A stretch of 64,000 nucleotides of DNA from Candidatus Latescibacterota bacterium (GCA_022825835.1 JAJDVZ010000157.1:50322-114321); one strand, 5' to 3'. Counted from the stretch's first letter, positions 7,474 through 16,940 are shown. Notes: a model not told the origin generated them from the letters alone. Made by a program: numbers and translations.

Positions 7474-9553
7474 TAAGTTCGTGATCCCTCACAAGAGCGT
7501 AACTCATCCACTCACTATAAAGAAATTTGTAATCAATCTCCTCTGACCGTGAAACATGAAGGTAAACTGTAGTAGGTACTCTTCCTCGATAATCCTGAAG
7601 GAAGTCACGTATCGATTCATTGAGTGAGAGACTAGGTGGCTGATGAGTAGTTTCGACAATGTCTCTTGTCTTTTTACAATGAATTACGAGGTCACAGCCG
7701 GCAGTGTTAGGACTGACGAACTGCTTAAATGTCGAATGCTGTTTGTCAAAGATGTCTGCTCGCTCTAAGGTAAATCCTGCTGCACGAATGGCTCTCTTTA
7801 GCTCTTCCCACACTTTGGCCGAGCTATTCATGAATATGAGCAGCATCCAATGCTCTTTGCGTAGAACTCGATGACATTCTGTTAAACTTCTCTGCATCAG
7901 CTCGCCATATTCATCTATGCCTTTTCCTTGAACTCGGTTGATGATTGCTTCATCACTCGGATCTGTAAACTCCCCAAGCCAAGATTCCCACAAGATGTTC
8001 ATCTCCGAGTAGTTGATATTTGCACCGAACGGCGGGTCTGTGAATACAAAATCTACTGATTCATCTGGGATACAACTCATTTCAGTCGCCGATCCACATA
8101 CAACAGCCTTCTTGGCCGTGTATTGGGTCGCCGTTGTTTCGATATGGTCGAGTATGTTTTCGGCTTTTCTACGAAAGGTCATAAACACATTTGCTTCGTT
8201 AAAAATAAAGGGTACGTTGAAGCGGGCCATGTTACCACTTCCACCCCAAAACCTGTACTCAGAGAGACGTGAAACCCTTTGATAAAGAGAGGTAAAAACA
8301 AAGGCCATTGCCGATGCAACTTCGATATCATCGATGCAATGGATTGCCCGCCATATCTGGCTTAGAGCAGCCAGATTTCTAGTTGTGTAAAAGGAGTCAA
8401 TAGAGGTTAATCCATGACGTTTCGGCTGATTCAGATTGACACCATCAGGCAACTCCGTGGTCGGAATATAACCAGTGGCGAAAGGCGCTTCTGCCTCAAT
8501 CTCAGCGATTCTACCAATATCCGCGTCGCTCGGTGGATGCTCGCGAATTTCATTCCTACAGCATTTGTAGCCGACTATAACAGGTTCTGCGTAGGTACGC
8601 GGGAGCTTCTTTTTTTGTAAAAGCTCTCCACATATAGGGCAATGAAAAGCAGCTAGAATCTTGTGTTCTCGAACGGTACGACCGTACTTGCGACTGTGAT
8701 CCCAAAGGATAAACTCAGCATCACAGCAGTAGCAATTCACCCTATAAGACCAAACGAAATAACTAGCTTCCACCGGACGTCCACATTCGCGGCAGTCAGT
8801 ACTGTATAGCCATTGTCTTAGATCAGCCAAGGAGTCCATGATTTCGTTTAGAGCCCCAACGAAGAGATCGGGATCCACTATTTCAGTGAAGTTGTGAGCG
8901 ATGAAGCATGCTGCAGGCGACAACTCATTTAGGATCACGTCGTGGCCGCTGATTCTAGTAGCTACGCCCGTCATGCCACTACCCGCAAATGGGTCCAACA
9001 CCAAGCCACCGTCGGGCAGATAGTGGTTGAGAAATTCCACGATACCTTGCGGTGGAACCTTAGTATGGTAAGTGTGGGCGTCATAGGTGTAGGTATTTTT
9101 TCCAGCACTAGCCCCAGTTGCCACTGGTTTTGCTGGAGTCTGAGCCGGCTGCAGATTACTAAGCAGCACGGACTGAAGAGATTCGGGCGAGCCGATCACG
9201 TCGCCGTTTCTCAGTCGTTTGAGTATTGGAGGATTTGGCGTTGAAAGTCGGCAGACCTTAGGTGTCTTCAAGAACAAATTCATCTGAGAGGTCTTAAGTG
9301 CTCGACGAGTAGCTCCTTTTGAGAGGAAGGCTTTCGACACGTCGGTTGGTCTCCGGTTAGCAGAGGAAAGAAGGTCTTTTATATGCTTCGACTGCTCTAT
9401 TGAGGGTTGGCCAACGCCGCGAGCCCACCGATCAATGGTTACAAGAGAGACCCCAAGCACCTGTGCGAGATGGGCAGGACTCATTGAGAGCGAGTCCTGT
9501 ATCGTCTGGAGTTGCTCCGCAAGTTCTTGGGGCGAGTTATTTGTGTTCTTCAC
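7406..9553 (-). CDS. site-specific DNA methyltransferase (N6-adenine or N4-cytosine) with N-terminal HTH domain and Cys-rich insert
   Basis: Motif I-like LVLDPFAGSGMTG lies upstream of motif IV FTDPPFG (I-before-IV order). N-terminal HTH: MSPAHLAQVLGVSLVTIDRWARG. Cys clusters: CRECG..CYCC and CPICG..CC. The likely start is GTG 9553, preceded by AAGAGGA; the track ORF extends to 9694. Confidence 0.8.
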   Translation of the reverse strand: MKNTNNSPQELAEQLQTIQDSLSMSPAHLAQVLGVSLVTIDRWARGVGQPSIEQSKHIKDLLSSANRRPTDVSKAFLSKGATRRALKTSQMNLFLKTPKVCRLSTPNPPILKRLRNGDVIGSPESLQSVLLSNLQPAQTPAKPVATGASAGKNTYTYDAHTYHTKVPPQGIVEFLNHYLPDGGLVLDPFAGSGMTGVATRISGHDVILNELSPAACFIAHNFTEIVDPDLFVGALNEIMDSLADLRQWLYSTDCRECGRPVEASYFVWSYRVNCYCCDAEFILWDHSRKYGRTVREHKILAAFHCPICGELLQKKKLPRTYAEPVIVGYKCCRNEIREHPPSDADIGRIAEIEAEAPFATGYIPTTELPDGVNLNQPKRHGLTSIDSFYTTRNLAALSQIWRAIHCIDDIEVASAMAFVFTSLYQRVSRLSEYRFWGGSGNMARFNVPFIFNEANVFMTFRRKAENILDHIETTATQYTAKKAVVCGSATEMSCIPDESVDFVFTDPPFGANINYSEMNILWESWLGEFTDPSDEAIINRVQGKGIDEYGELMQRSLTECHRVLRKEHWMLLIFMNSSAKVWEELKRAIRAAGFTLERADIFDKQHSTFKQFVSPNTAGCDLVIHCKKTRDIVETTHQPPSLSLNESIRDFLQDYRGRVPTTVYLHVSRSEEIDYKFLYSEWMSYALVRDHELSDFSTFREIAFEVLECRDSDSP

Positions 9554-9709
9554 GTCGCGTCCTCTTCGTCGTTCAGATCGAGTACCCAGCAGTCGGTCGG
9601 CGGCCAGCCGATGCAGATGCGGTCGTCCGCCAGCTCGGCACTGTGCCCGATAATCTTGGCGATCTTGGCGATGAAATCCAAGCACGCACAACACGATTAG
9701 GCATAGAAA

Positions 9710-9738
9710 AACATCAGAGACAGAGCTACTCTGATGTT
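9710..9738 (-). terminator. candidate intrinsic terminator downstream of the FMN-reductase gene and upstream of the MTase
   Basis: Perfect 10-bp inverted repeat aacatcagag / ctctgatgtt with a 9-nt loop. On the minus strand it is followed by a TTTTTC run. Confidence 0.4.
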
Positions 9739-9966
9739 AGGAACGTACTCGCTCGCTGATTTTTCAATAACGCTTTTTTTTGCGGAGGACGCAATAGCTT
9801 CTCTAGGTAGCTATACGTCTTTTGACACGCTGTCCTCAGTACATGACAGTAGTCTAAGTTGAGGTGCAGCCTTGATTTAGGTTTATTTATCATTACTCAG
9901 CTACAAATAAAGTTGGTTATGGATCGTACCCATTGGCAATTTGGTCACACCGATCAGAATGTGAAA

Positions 9967-10542
9967 TCAAATTTCCCAATCCGATCCATAGGACCGGCTC
10001 TTGAGCCGCTCCGCAAGTTCGGTCAGTACAGCTAGAGACCTGTTTAATCTTGCCGTCGTTACGTCGTCGAGTTTGCCTTCCGCCCAACTGTCGCCGTGGG
10101 CATACACGTTATACGGGCTGATAATGCACTTGAAATCCAGCATGAGGGATGTTGCCAGCGACGTAAACGCCATATAGCTGTGTGGCAGCCCGCCCGCATT
10201 GACGAACATCACTATTTTGTCGTAGAAAGCTCCTTTGAGCGACCCGTCTGGTGGCGTAGAGCCTATATATTCGACAAACTTCTTGAGTTCAGCGCAACAC
10301 GCCCAGTTGTACACTGGGCTCGCCAAGATGACGGCATCAGAGGCCGCAATGATTCTGTGGCACGATTGATACGCCTCGGATGAATAGATCTCGTCGTTGT
10401 CGAAATTTGGCGGATCGAGTTGTCGAAGATCGATGAAGCCAACAGAGATGCCCTTGTCCTCCAGAGCGGTCCGACACATGATAGCAAGCACCCTACTGTG
10501 ACTGTCGGGATCGAGACTACTGCTGACGACTGAAATTCTCAT
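9967..10542 (-). CDS. NADPH-dependent FMN reductase family protein
   Basis: 191 aa with a flavodoxin-like N-terminus MRISVVSSS and ILASPVYNW. Its last 36 codons (9967-10079) are duplicated at 6260-6372. Confidence 0.75.
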   Translation of the reverse strand: MRISVVSSSLDPDSHSRVLAIMCRTALEDKGISVGFIDLRQLDPPNFDNDEIYSSEAYQSCHRIIAASDAVILASPVYNWACCAELKKFVEYIGSTPPDGSLKGAFYDKIVMFVNAGGLPHSYMAFTSLATSLMLDFKCIISPYNVYAHGDSWAEGKLDDVTTARLNRSLAVLTELAERLKSRSYGSDWEI

Positions 10543-10551
10543 CTGAATTTC

Positions 10552-10973
10552 CTAAAGTGTGCCGGGTTGCGAACTTCCCCACGTCGAAGAGCGGGGAAAT
10601 TTATCTAGGCCATCGGGAATCTTGGACCACGGGACTGCCATTTCGGTCCAGATCTCGCGAGTGGGGCGCAGATCTTCGGAGTGGTCTAGGGTGCCGGCCT
10701 TGATGAATATCGTGTCGGGGTAGCGTGTGAACAATTGCGAGCCACACTCTGGGCAGAATTCACGAACCTTTGTGCGGCCCTCGTCATTCGTAGATTCGTA
10801 TCCCTTGGTTTTACCGCTTAGTTGAAATGTGGAAGCTGGTACGCCAACTCCAACATTGAAAGCACTGCCCGTGCCCTACGGCAGTCGTCACAGTGGCAAT
10901 ATATCACGGATTGTGGTTCTGAGTCGCTTGTATAGCTGACCGCCCCGCAAAGACATCGACCTGTTAGCGGCAT
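10552..10973 (-). pseudogene. GFA-family (CENP-V-like, glutathione-dependent formaldehyde-activating) gene with a 1-nt frameshift
   Basis: MPLTGRCLCGAVSY...CHCDDCRR in one frame continues as GTGSAFNVGV...EFCPECGSQLF... in another. The break maps to a G3 run (C-run 10874-10876 on +); one extra G would restore CRRGTGSAF. Confidence 0.7.
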
Positions 10974-11042
10974 TGGTAATCCTTTCCAGATAAACGAGTG
11001 TGCCGATTGTGGCGATGCGTTCAATTCACAGCGTTTGCTGAT

Positions 11043-11705
11043 CTACAAGCCTTCTCTTTTGACGGCGAAGAAAAATGGGTGAATCTCCTCTAGTGCATCA
11101 ACACTTTCGTATCCTCCTCCTACGACACCTTCCTGTTCAACCTGAAACCCAGTCTCAGTAAGAAACTTCTCGTAGGTCGAAGGGCCAAAGTTGCTCCAGT
11201 ACATGGTCTCGCCGAAGAAGTCATCTTCAGTATATCCAGGACCGTCGTCTTGCCTAGCAATCGTAAATAGAAGAAGGCCACCGGGTCGAAGCCACTGTGC
11301 AAATCGACGGAAGAGATTTAGATGCTCTTGTCTTGGGATGTGGAAGATGGCGTAAAAGCTGACAATTGCATCGAAGCTAGATGCAGGGAATTTGGTCTCC
11401 ATTACGTCGGCGATGACGAATTTGGCGGTGGGGGCGTTTTTCTTCGCTAGAGCTATCATGTTTGAGGAGATGTCGATTCCAGTGAGGCTGAACGTCTCTG
11501 CAAGATGTCGGGCGACGGGGATACCGGCACCACAGCCAACGTCGAGGACTTTTGAATTAGGTGACAGACGCTCAGTTATCAGGTTGAGCTCCGCTCCAGG
11601 CGTAGTACGTTTTTGTCCCGCGTAATTCATCGCACACCGGTTATAGGCGGTTCTTACCAGTTCCCGATAATCGGCGTCTGGATCGTCAGCAATTTTGAAT
11701 GGCAT
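11043..11705 (-). CDS. class I SAM-dependent methyltransferase
   Basis: 220 aa with motif I VLDVGCGAGIPVA. Confidence 0.75.
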   Translation of the reverse strand: MPFKIADDPDADYRELVRTAYNRCAMNYAGQKRTTPGAELNLITERLSPNSKVLDVGCGAGIPVARHLAETFSLTGIDISSNMIALAKKNAPTAKFVIADVMETKFPASSFDAIVSFYAIFHIPRQEHLNLFRRFAQWLRPGGLLLFTIARQDDGPGYTEDDFFGETMYWSNFGPSTYEKFLTETGFQVEQEGVVGGGYESVDALEEIHPFFFAVKREGL

Positions 11706-11716
11706 GTGTCCCTTTC

Positions 11717-12076
11717 CTAGATCACTTCACATGTTACGGACGATTCGAAAAATCGCTCTTGGAATTCCGTTAAAGCGAAGATCTGCTCGTCAGAGTAGTC
11801 CTTGCCGTCAGGTGCGACAACGAGTTTGTCATCATCGTCATCAGATCGTTGAATGACGGCGATACATCTGCCTGTGAACGTCTCTAGCGGTTTGAAAATG
11901 CCGAGGATATAGGCGTCCATATCTTCTCCGTCAGGTGCCGGTACATTCGGGAGAAATCCGTAGTTGACCGGATAGATGAAGCCCGCTTCAGGATGTTTGG
12001 AGCCGAGGGGTCGATCTATGGTAACATCGACGGTTTTGCCGATGAACGTCCTTGCATCTACAAAGTCACTTGTCAT
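11717..12076 (-). CDS. inorganic-pyrophosphatase-like small protein
   Basis: 119 aa. DRPLGSKHPEAGFIYPVNYGFLP..DGEDMDAYILG resembles the family I PPase core. Confidence 0.5.
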   Translation of the reverse strand: MTSDFVDARTFIGKTVDVTIDRPLGSKHPEAGFIYPVNYGFLPNVPAPDGEDMDAYILGIFKPLETFTGRCIAVIQRSDDDDDKLVVAPDGKDYSDEQIFALTEFQERFFESSVTCEVI

Positions 12077-12313
12077 GGTCGTTTAGTTAGTGGCCGTTGT
12101 CTGACGCGAAGGTACTTATTCGTGTTGACAGTCGCAATCGGTACCACGGGGCTGAAATATTCTGTGTTTGCTCACCCAGCGGCAAAGGTCTAGGATAGAC
12201 GCATCAGATTGCCCCGCGACCCGTCTCAAAGCGGTCTGGCGCATGAGTTCCTTTTTTCTTTTCTTGCCCATTCCGCTCCGCTGTATAAAAGCTATCAACA
12301 AAGGATTCTCCTT

Positions 12314-13333
12314 ATGCCCGCAAACAATCGCCCGGTGCGCGTTGGCATCTACGGCACCGGCCATTTTGCCAACCAAACGCACCTGCCCAACCTGAGCAAG
12401 CTAGACAGCGTCGAGTTGGTCGCCGCGAGTGATCCCAGCCCGGACAACCTCGCCGCCACCGCGCAAAAGTATTCTATCGCTCGCACCTATGCAGACCCCC
12501 ATCAAATGCTCGCGGAAGAGCAGTTCGATGCACTCTATTCGGTCGTGCCGGCCTTTGCGCGCACTGATGTGGAAGCCACGGCTGCAGCACAGGGTATCCA
12601 CCTCTTCAGCGAGAAACCGCAAGCGACCACCATGGCTGTTGCTCGGCGCATTGCCGGTGCGGTCGCCGAGGGCGGTGCGATCTCAACAGTTTGTTTCCGC
12701 GAGCGCTATCGCCCGCTCTTTCAGGAGGCCCGCCGCCTGCTTGCGGATAAGGCCGTCTCCCACATCCGCTTCCAGAGCACGGCCGGTCTGCCGCTGCTCG
12801 AAGCCGAGATCCCCGACCCGGATAGTTGGCACTATCAGATGGACAAGAGCGGCGGCTCGGCCTTTGACTGGGGGGTGCACGCCGTTGACTACGCGCGCTT
12901 TATGAGCGGCCTCGATATTACCCAAGCCCAAGCTTTTTACCACCATCCTCCTCAGTACAACACGCCGCTGTCGTGTTCGTTTAACTTTTTGTTGGCAAAC
13001 GGGGCGACCATGACCTCGACATTCCTCGCCACCACGCCCGCCGCTCCGGGCGACGAGCCGCGCTTTACTGTTTTTTACGAGGGAGGATACTTGGCGCTGT
13101 GGATGTACGACCGGATTGAGGTCAACGGCGAGGTGGTGTACGCACCGGAGGAGTTCGATCCGTGGTTTGAGCAAGATCGCGTCTTCATTGAGGCCGTGCG
13201 CACCGGCAACCGCGCCCTGCTGCTCAACGACTATGCCGACGGCCTTTATTCGCTGGCTCCAGTGCTGGCGGGGTGGGAGTCGGCGCGGCGCGGTGGAGAA
13301 TTGATTGCTGTGGCCGAATTTATGGCGAGCTGA
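12314..13333 (+). CDS. Gfo/Idh/MocA-family oxidoreductase
   Basis: ATG 12314 gives MPANNRPVRVGIYGTGHFA (N-terminal Rossmann fold). The track ORF starts at an upstream TTG (12209). Confidence 0.75.
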   Translation: MPANNRPVRVGIYGTGHFANQTHLPNLSKLDSVELVAASDPSPDNLAATAQKYSIARTYADPHQMLAEEQFDALYSVVPAFARTDVEATAAAQGIHLFSEKPQATTMAVARRIAGAVAEGGAISTVCFRERYRPLFQEARRLLADKAVSHIRFQSTAGLPLLEAEIPDPDSWHYQMDKSGGSAFDWGVHAVDYARFMSGLDITQAQAFYHHPPQYNTPLSCSFNFLLANGATMTSTFLATTPAAPGDEPRFTVFYEGGYLALWMYDRIEVNGEVVYAPEEFDPWFEQDRVFIEAVRTGNRALLLNDYADGLYSLAPVLAGWESARRGGELIAVAEFMAS

Positions 13334-13335
13334 GC

Positions 13336-14730
13336 GTGGGTCGCATCGCGAGGAGGTGGGGGGCCGCAGGCGGGTACCGGGAGTTTTTGGGGCTTGCCCT
13401 GCCGCTGATTCTGAGCACGGCTAGCTGGAGCATCCAGCACTTTGTCGATCGGGTCTTTCTCTCTTGGTATTCCACTGAGGCGTTGGCGGCTGCGCTGCCG
13501 GCGGGCATGGCCAACTTCACTTTCATCAGCCTCTTCATGGGCACGGCCCAATACGCCAATACGTTTGTCGCCCAATACATGGGGGCGCGGCGGTTGACTC
13601 GGGTGGGGCCGGCCGTGTGGCAAGGGGCGTACGTGGCCTTGTTCAGCGGCCTGTTGGCCTTGTTGCCGGCCGCCTTTGCCGGCGAACTTTTCGCGTTCAT
13701 TGGCCACGATCCGGGCATCCGCGCCGCTGAGACCCAGTACTTCCGCATCCTTTGCTACGGCACCGGGCCGCAGGTCTTGTCCACGGCCTTCTCGTGCTTT
13801 TTCAGTGGGCGGGGGCAAACGTGGGTGGTGTTGGCGGTCAACGTCGTGGCCATCAGCGTCAACATCATTTGCGACTACGCCTTGATATTCGGGCACTGGG
13901 GACTGCCCGAGCTGGGGATCGTCGGGGCGGCGTGGGCCACCAATATTGGCTTGGTGGTCTCGGCCCTGTGTTTCGCGGTGCTGTTTTTGGGGCCGCGGTA
14001 TCGCAGTGAATACGCCACCTTGCGCGGATGGAAGCCGGACCTCAAACTGCTGCTGCGTCTGTTGCGCTTTGGCGGTCCCAACGGCGTCAACTTCATGCTC
14101 GACATCATGGCCTTTACCTTCTTTTTATTTATCGTGGGCCGCTTGGGGCCGATCCCGCTGGCGGCGACGAATTTGGCCTTTCACATCAACAGCCTCGCCT
14201 TTATGCCGCTCATTGGTTGCGGCATTGCCGTCTCGACGATGGTCGGCCAGCGTTTGGGGCGCGATCAGCCCGAAGCCGCTGAGTACTGCACGTGGTCGGG
14301 TTTGCACTTGGCCATGCTGTACATGGGGACGATGTCCTTGGGCTATGTGTTGGTGCCGGAGTTTTTCCTTGCGCCTTTTGGCGAGGAGAAAGACGCCAAC
14401 TTTGCGGTCGCGCATCAGATCGCCGTGGTCTTGCTGCGCTTCGTAGCTCTGTACTGCGTCTTCGATGCCGCCTATATGGTCTTCGCGGCGGCCCTGAAGG
14501 GCGCGGGCGACACCCGCTTCGTCATGTGGATTTCGATCTTGCTGGCTTGGGCGATCATGGTTGTGCCGTCTTTCGCCGCCCTAACTTATTTCGACGGGGG
14601 GCTGTATCTGATATGGATCTTTTGCTGCGCGTATATATGCGTCTTGGGCGTGGCTCTCTACTTGCGCTTTCGCACGGGTCGCTGGAAGAGTATGCGGGTT
14701 ATTGAGCGGGCCGATGAGGATAGTGGGTGA
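13336..14730 (+). CDS. MATE-family efflux transporter
   Basis: Polytopic membrane protein with LALPLILSTASWSIQHFVDRVFL and a 12-TM-like layout. The start is uncertain: GTG 13336 just after the upstream stop, or 13273. Confidence 0.75.
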   Translation: MGRIARRWGAAGGYREFLGLALPLILSTASWSIQHFVDRVFLSWYSTEALAAALPAGMANFTFISLFMGTAQYANTFVAQYMGARRLTRVGPAVWQGAYVALFSGLLALLPAAFAGELFAFIGHDPGIRAAETQYFRILCYGTGPQVLSTAFSCFFSGRGQTWVVLAVNVVAISVNIICDYALIFGHWGLPELGIVGAAWATNIGLVVSALCFAVLFLGPRYRSEYATLRGWKPDLKLLLRLLRFGGPNGVNFMLDIMAFTFFLFIVGRLGPIPLAATNLAFHINSLAFMPLIGCGIAVSTMVGQRLGRDQPEAAEYCTWSGLHLAMLYMGTMSLGYVLVPEFFLAPFGEEKDANFAVAHQIAVVLLRFVALYCVFDAAYMVFAAALKGAGDTRFVMWISILLAWAIMVVPSFAALTYFDGGLYLIWIFCCAYICVLGVALYLRFRTGRWKSMRVIERADEDSG

Positions 14731-14733
14731 GCC

Positions 14734-15720
14734 CTACAGCGGCTTGGCCACGGCTAAGCCCGTGCCGACTGCTGACACGCGATTCCATCCCGACCCTCTG
14801 AGACCGGCGTAGATCATGTAATAGGTCCCATTGATCGCGAACACCTGTGGGGTCAGGAGGCCGTCGCAATCCCAGGCATCGGCATTGGCCGCAGGTGTGA
14901 AGATTGGGTTGTGTGGGTTGGGTTCGAAGGTGCGGAAGTCGCGCGTGCGGACGTGCCCAATGGTCCAGACCTTGCCGTCGTAGCCGCCGTAGAACAGATG
15001 GAAGTAGCTTGGCCCTTTGAGGATTTCTGCTTCGCGCACGCCATAGCGGTCCCACGCCTGCCCTGAGCCGGAAAATACGGGATTGGCGGGATTTTTGGTG
15101 ACTTGCGCCGGGTCGCTGGTCGGTGCGGTGGCATGGCAGATGGTCGGCACGTTGTAGAGAATATCGCGCCGTTCAGGAGGAGCTGGCGACTCGCCGGTAT
15201 AGACCATGTGAATCACATCGCCCGACACGGCTACGGATGGATGGGAAGAGCCGTGTTGCTCGTGCGCGCCGCCGACGGCAACTACTGGTGCATTGCTAAC
15301 CCGCGTCCACGCTCCGAAATCGCCGTCGCTGACTAGCAGGCCGGTCTGTTTGCGGCGGGGCTTGTCCTTGCCTTGGGTGCCGAGATAATAGGCGTAGTAG
15401 CGCTGGTCGGCGGGATTCCAGAACGGGAATGGGTATTCCACGCCGTGATTGTCGAATCCGTCGGCGGAAGGTAGCAGTATGGGATTGCGTTGGTCGTGCG
15501 TTACCGCCGTAGGGTCGGCGACCGGCGCGGAGCTGTGCATGTGTACCCAGCTACCATCTCCTCCTTTTTTGGCCCACAGATAATGCACAGTATCGTCCAC
15601 GACGATGGCGTGACTGGCAGCGGCCCACGCGGGTGGCGCGCAGTACAGCAGCGGCTTCTCGGCGGTGAGCCGCTCGAAGCGGGCGAATGCTGCGAATGGG
15701 ATTGGGGCGTTGGGATTCAT
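14734..15720 (-). CDS. beta-propeller glycoside-hydrolase-like protein (GH43/GH32/GH130-type fold; family not resolved)
   Basis: 328-aa ORF. Its first ~27 codons (PIPFAAFARFERLTAEKPLL) are repeated at 20011-20063 and 21251-21336. Confidence 0.55.
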   Translation of the reverse strand: MNPNAPIPFAAFARFERLTAEKPLLYCAPPAWAAASHAIVVDDTVHYLWAKKGGDGSWVHMHSSAPVADPTAVTHDQRNPILLPSADGFDNHGVEYPFPFWNPADQRYYAYYLGTQGKDKPRRKQTGLLVSDGDFGAWTRVSNAPVVAVGGAHEQHGSSHPSVAVSGDVIHMVYTGESPAPPERRDILYNVPTICHATAPTSDPAQVTKNPANPVFSGSGQAWDRYGVREAEILKGPSYFHLFYGGYDGKVWTIGHVRTRDFRTFEPNPHNPIFTPAANADAWDCDGLLTPQVFAINGTYYMIYAGLRGSGWNRVSAVGTGLAVAKPL

Positions 15721-15740
15721 AGCGGTTTGCTAGGTGATTA

Positions 15741-16940
15741 TCAACTCGTCATCAAGTTGACGTAGTCCAGTACCCCCGAAAAGCCTCTGCTTCCATAGGG
15801 CACCAGGGCACCCGGCAAGTCTCCCTCTGCGACAAGAGCGCGCAGCAGTTCGCTGTCGGACGCTCGGCGTACGGTTGTGAATCCGTCTTTCTTAACCAGC
15901 CAGAAGCTCTCGTCGAGTTCTGCTCCGTTTAGAAAATCGGGAGAGTGGGTCGAAACGAATACTTGGCCGCCACGTCGAGCGTAGTCCCGAAATTCCTCGG
16001 CCAATTCTATTAGCAATTCGGGATAGAGCTGGTTTTCGGGTTCTTCGACTGCCAGCAACGGATGGGGTTTTGGGTCATACAGCAAGACGAGATAGGCGAA
16101 CATCTTGATCGTACCATCGGAGACATAGCGGGCAATGAATGGGTCCTTGAAGCTGCCATCCTGAAAGCGCAGGACGAGACGCCCGTCCTCTGTTGATTTG
16201 GATTCAACGCCGCTCACGCCTGGGACTCGCTGGCTCATAGCTTTCAGCACTTGATCGAAGCACTCGCGGTGATTCTCGTAGAGGTACTGGGCCACTTGGG
16301 CGACGTTATCGCCACGGTTAGACAGATGCTCGGCATAGCCGGCCTCACTGCTTGGTCGGGCGTCGGCAATGTGGAAGTCCGAGACGTGCCAGTTCTCGAT
16401 CAGGCTGCGGAATTCCGAGACGACTTGGAACTCGCGGAACTGGCCCAAGCCTTTGATCGCGAGGACGCTCGGGTCGTCGAGCTTGTACTCCGCTCTCTTT
16501 TCTTTTACTTGTTCCTGACCATAGACTGATTCATTTGTGATTGCAGTTCCGATTCCGCCTGAGAAATCAACGAAATGCCAAGGGCGTCCAGACTGCTCTT
16601 TACGGTAGTGCAGTACTTCGCGTTCAACCGAGACTCGGCCATCCTTCGCTGCTATTTCGAGTTCGTAGATGGCTAGACGGCCGCCGCTCTCACGGAATTT
16701 GATGGTGATCCCAATGGGCCCATTTTCGCCTCGACTGACCAGTTCGCGGAACCCGCCGCGTTGCGCCACCGCTGTGGTGACGTTCTGGGTCAGCGCGTCC
16801 TTGAGAAAGCTAAACACGTCGAGTAGAGTTGACTTGCCCGTGCCGTTCGCGCCCACGACTACGACCATTGGGGGTAAATCATCAAACACGACGTGGCGGA
16901 AGGAACGGTAGTTTTTGATTTCAATCTGCTCAATCCGCAT
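15741..16940 (-). CDS. ABC-type AAA_15/AAA_21-like ATPase (OLD/PtuA/AriA-like ATPase module, no nuclease domain)
   Basis: 399 aa with Walker A GANGTGKST, Walker B LLAVEEPENQLYP and H-loop VSTHSPDFL. A GGAGAA SD sits upstream. Its last 7 codons lie in the repeat shared with copy B. Confidence 0.85.
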   Translation of the reverse strand: MRIEQIEIKNYRSFRHVVFDDLPPMVVVVGANGTGKSTLLDVFSFLKDALTQNVTTAVAQRGGFRELVSRGENGPIGITIKFRESGGRLAIYELEIAAKDGRVSVEREVLHYRKEQSGRPWHFVDFSGGIGTAITNESVYGQEQVKEKRAEYKLDDPSVLAIKGLGQFREFQVVSEFRSLIENWHVSDFHIADARPSSEAGYAEHLSNRGDNVAQVAQYLYENHRECFDQVLKAMSQRVPGVSGVESKSTEDGRLVLRFQDGSFKDPFIARYVSDGTIKMFAYLVLLYDPKPHPLLAVEEPENQLYPELLIELAEEFRDYARRGGQVFVSTHSPDFLNGAELDESFWLVKKDGFTTVRRASDSELLRALVAEGDLPGALVPYGSRGFSGVLDYVNLMTS

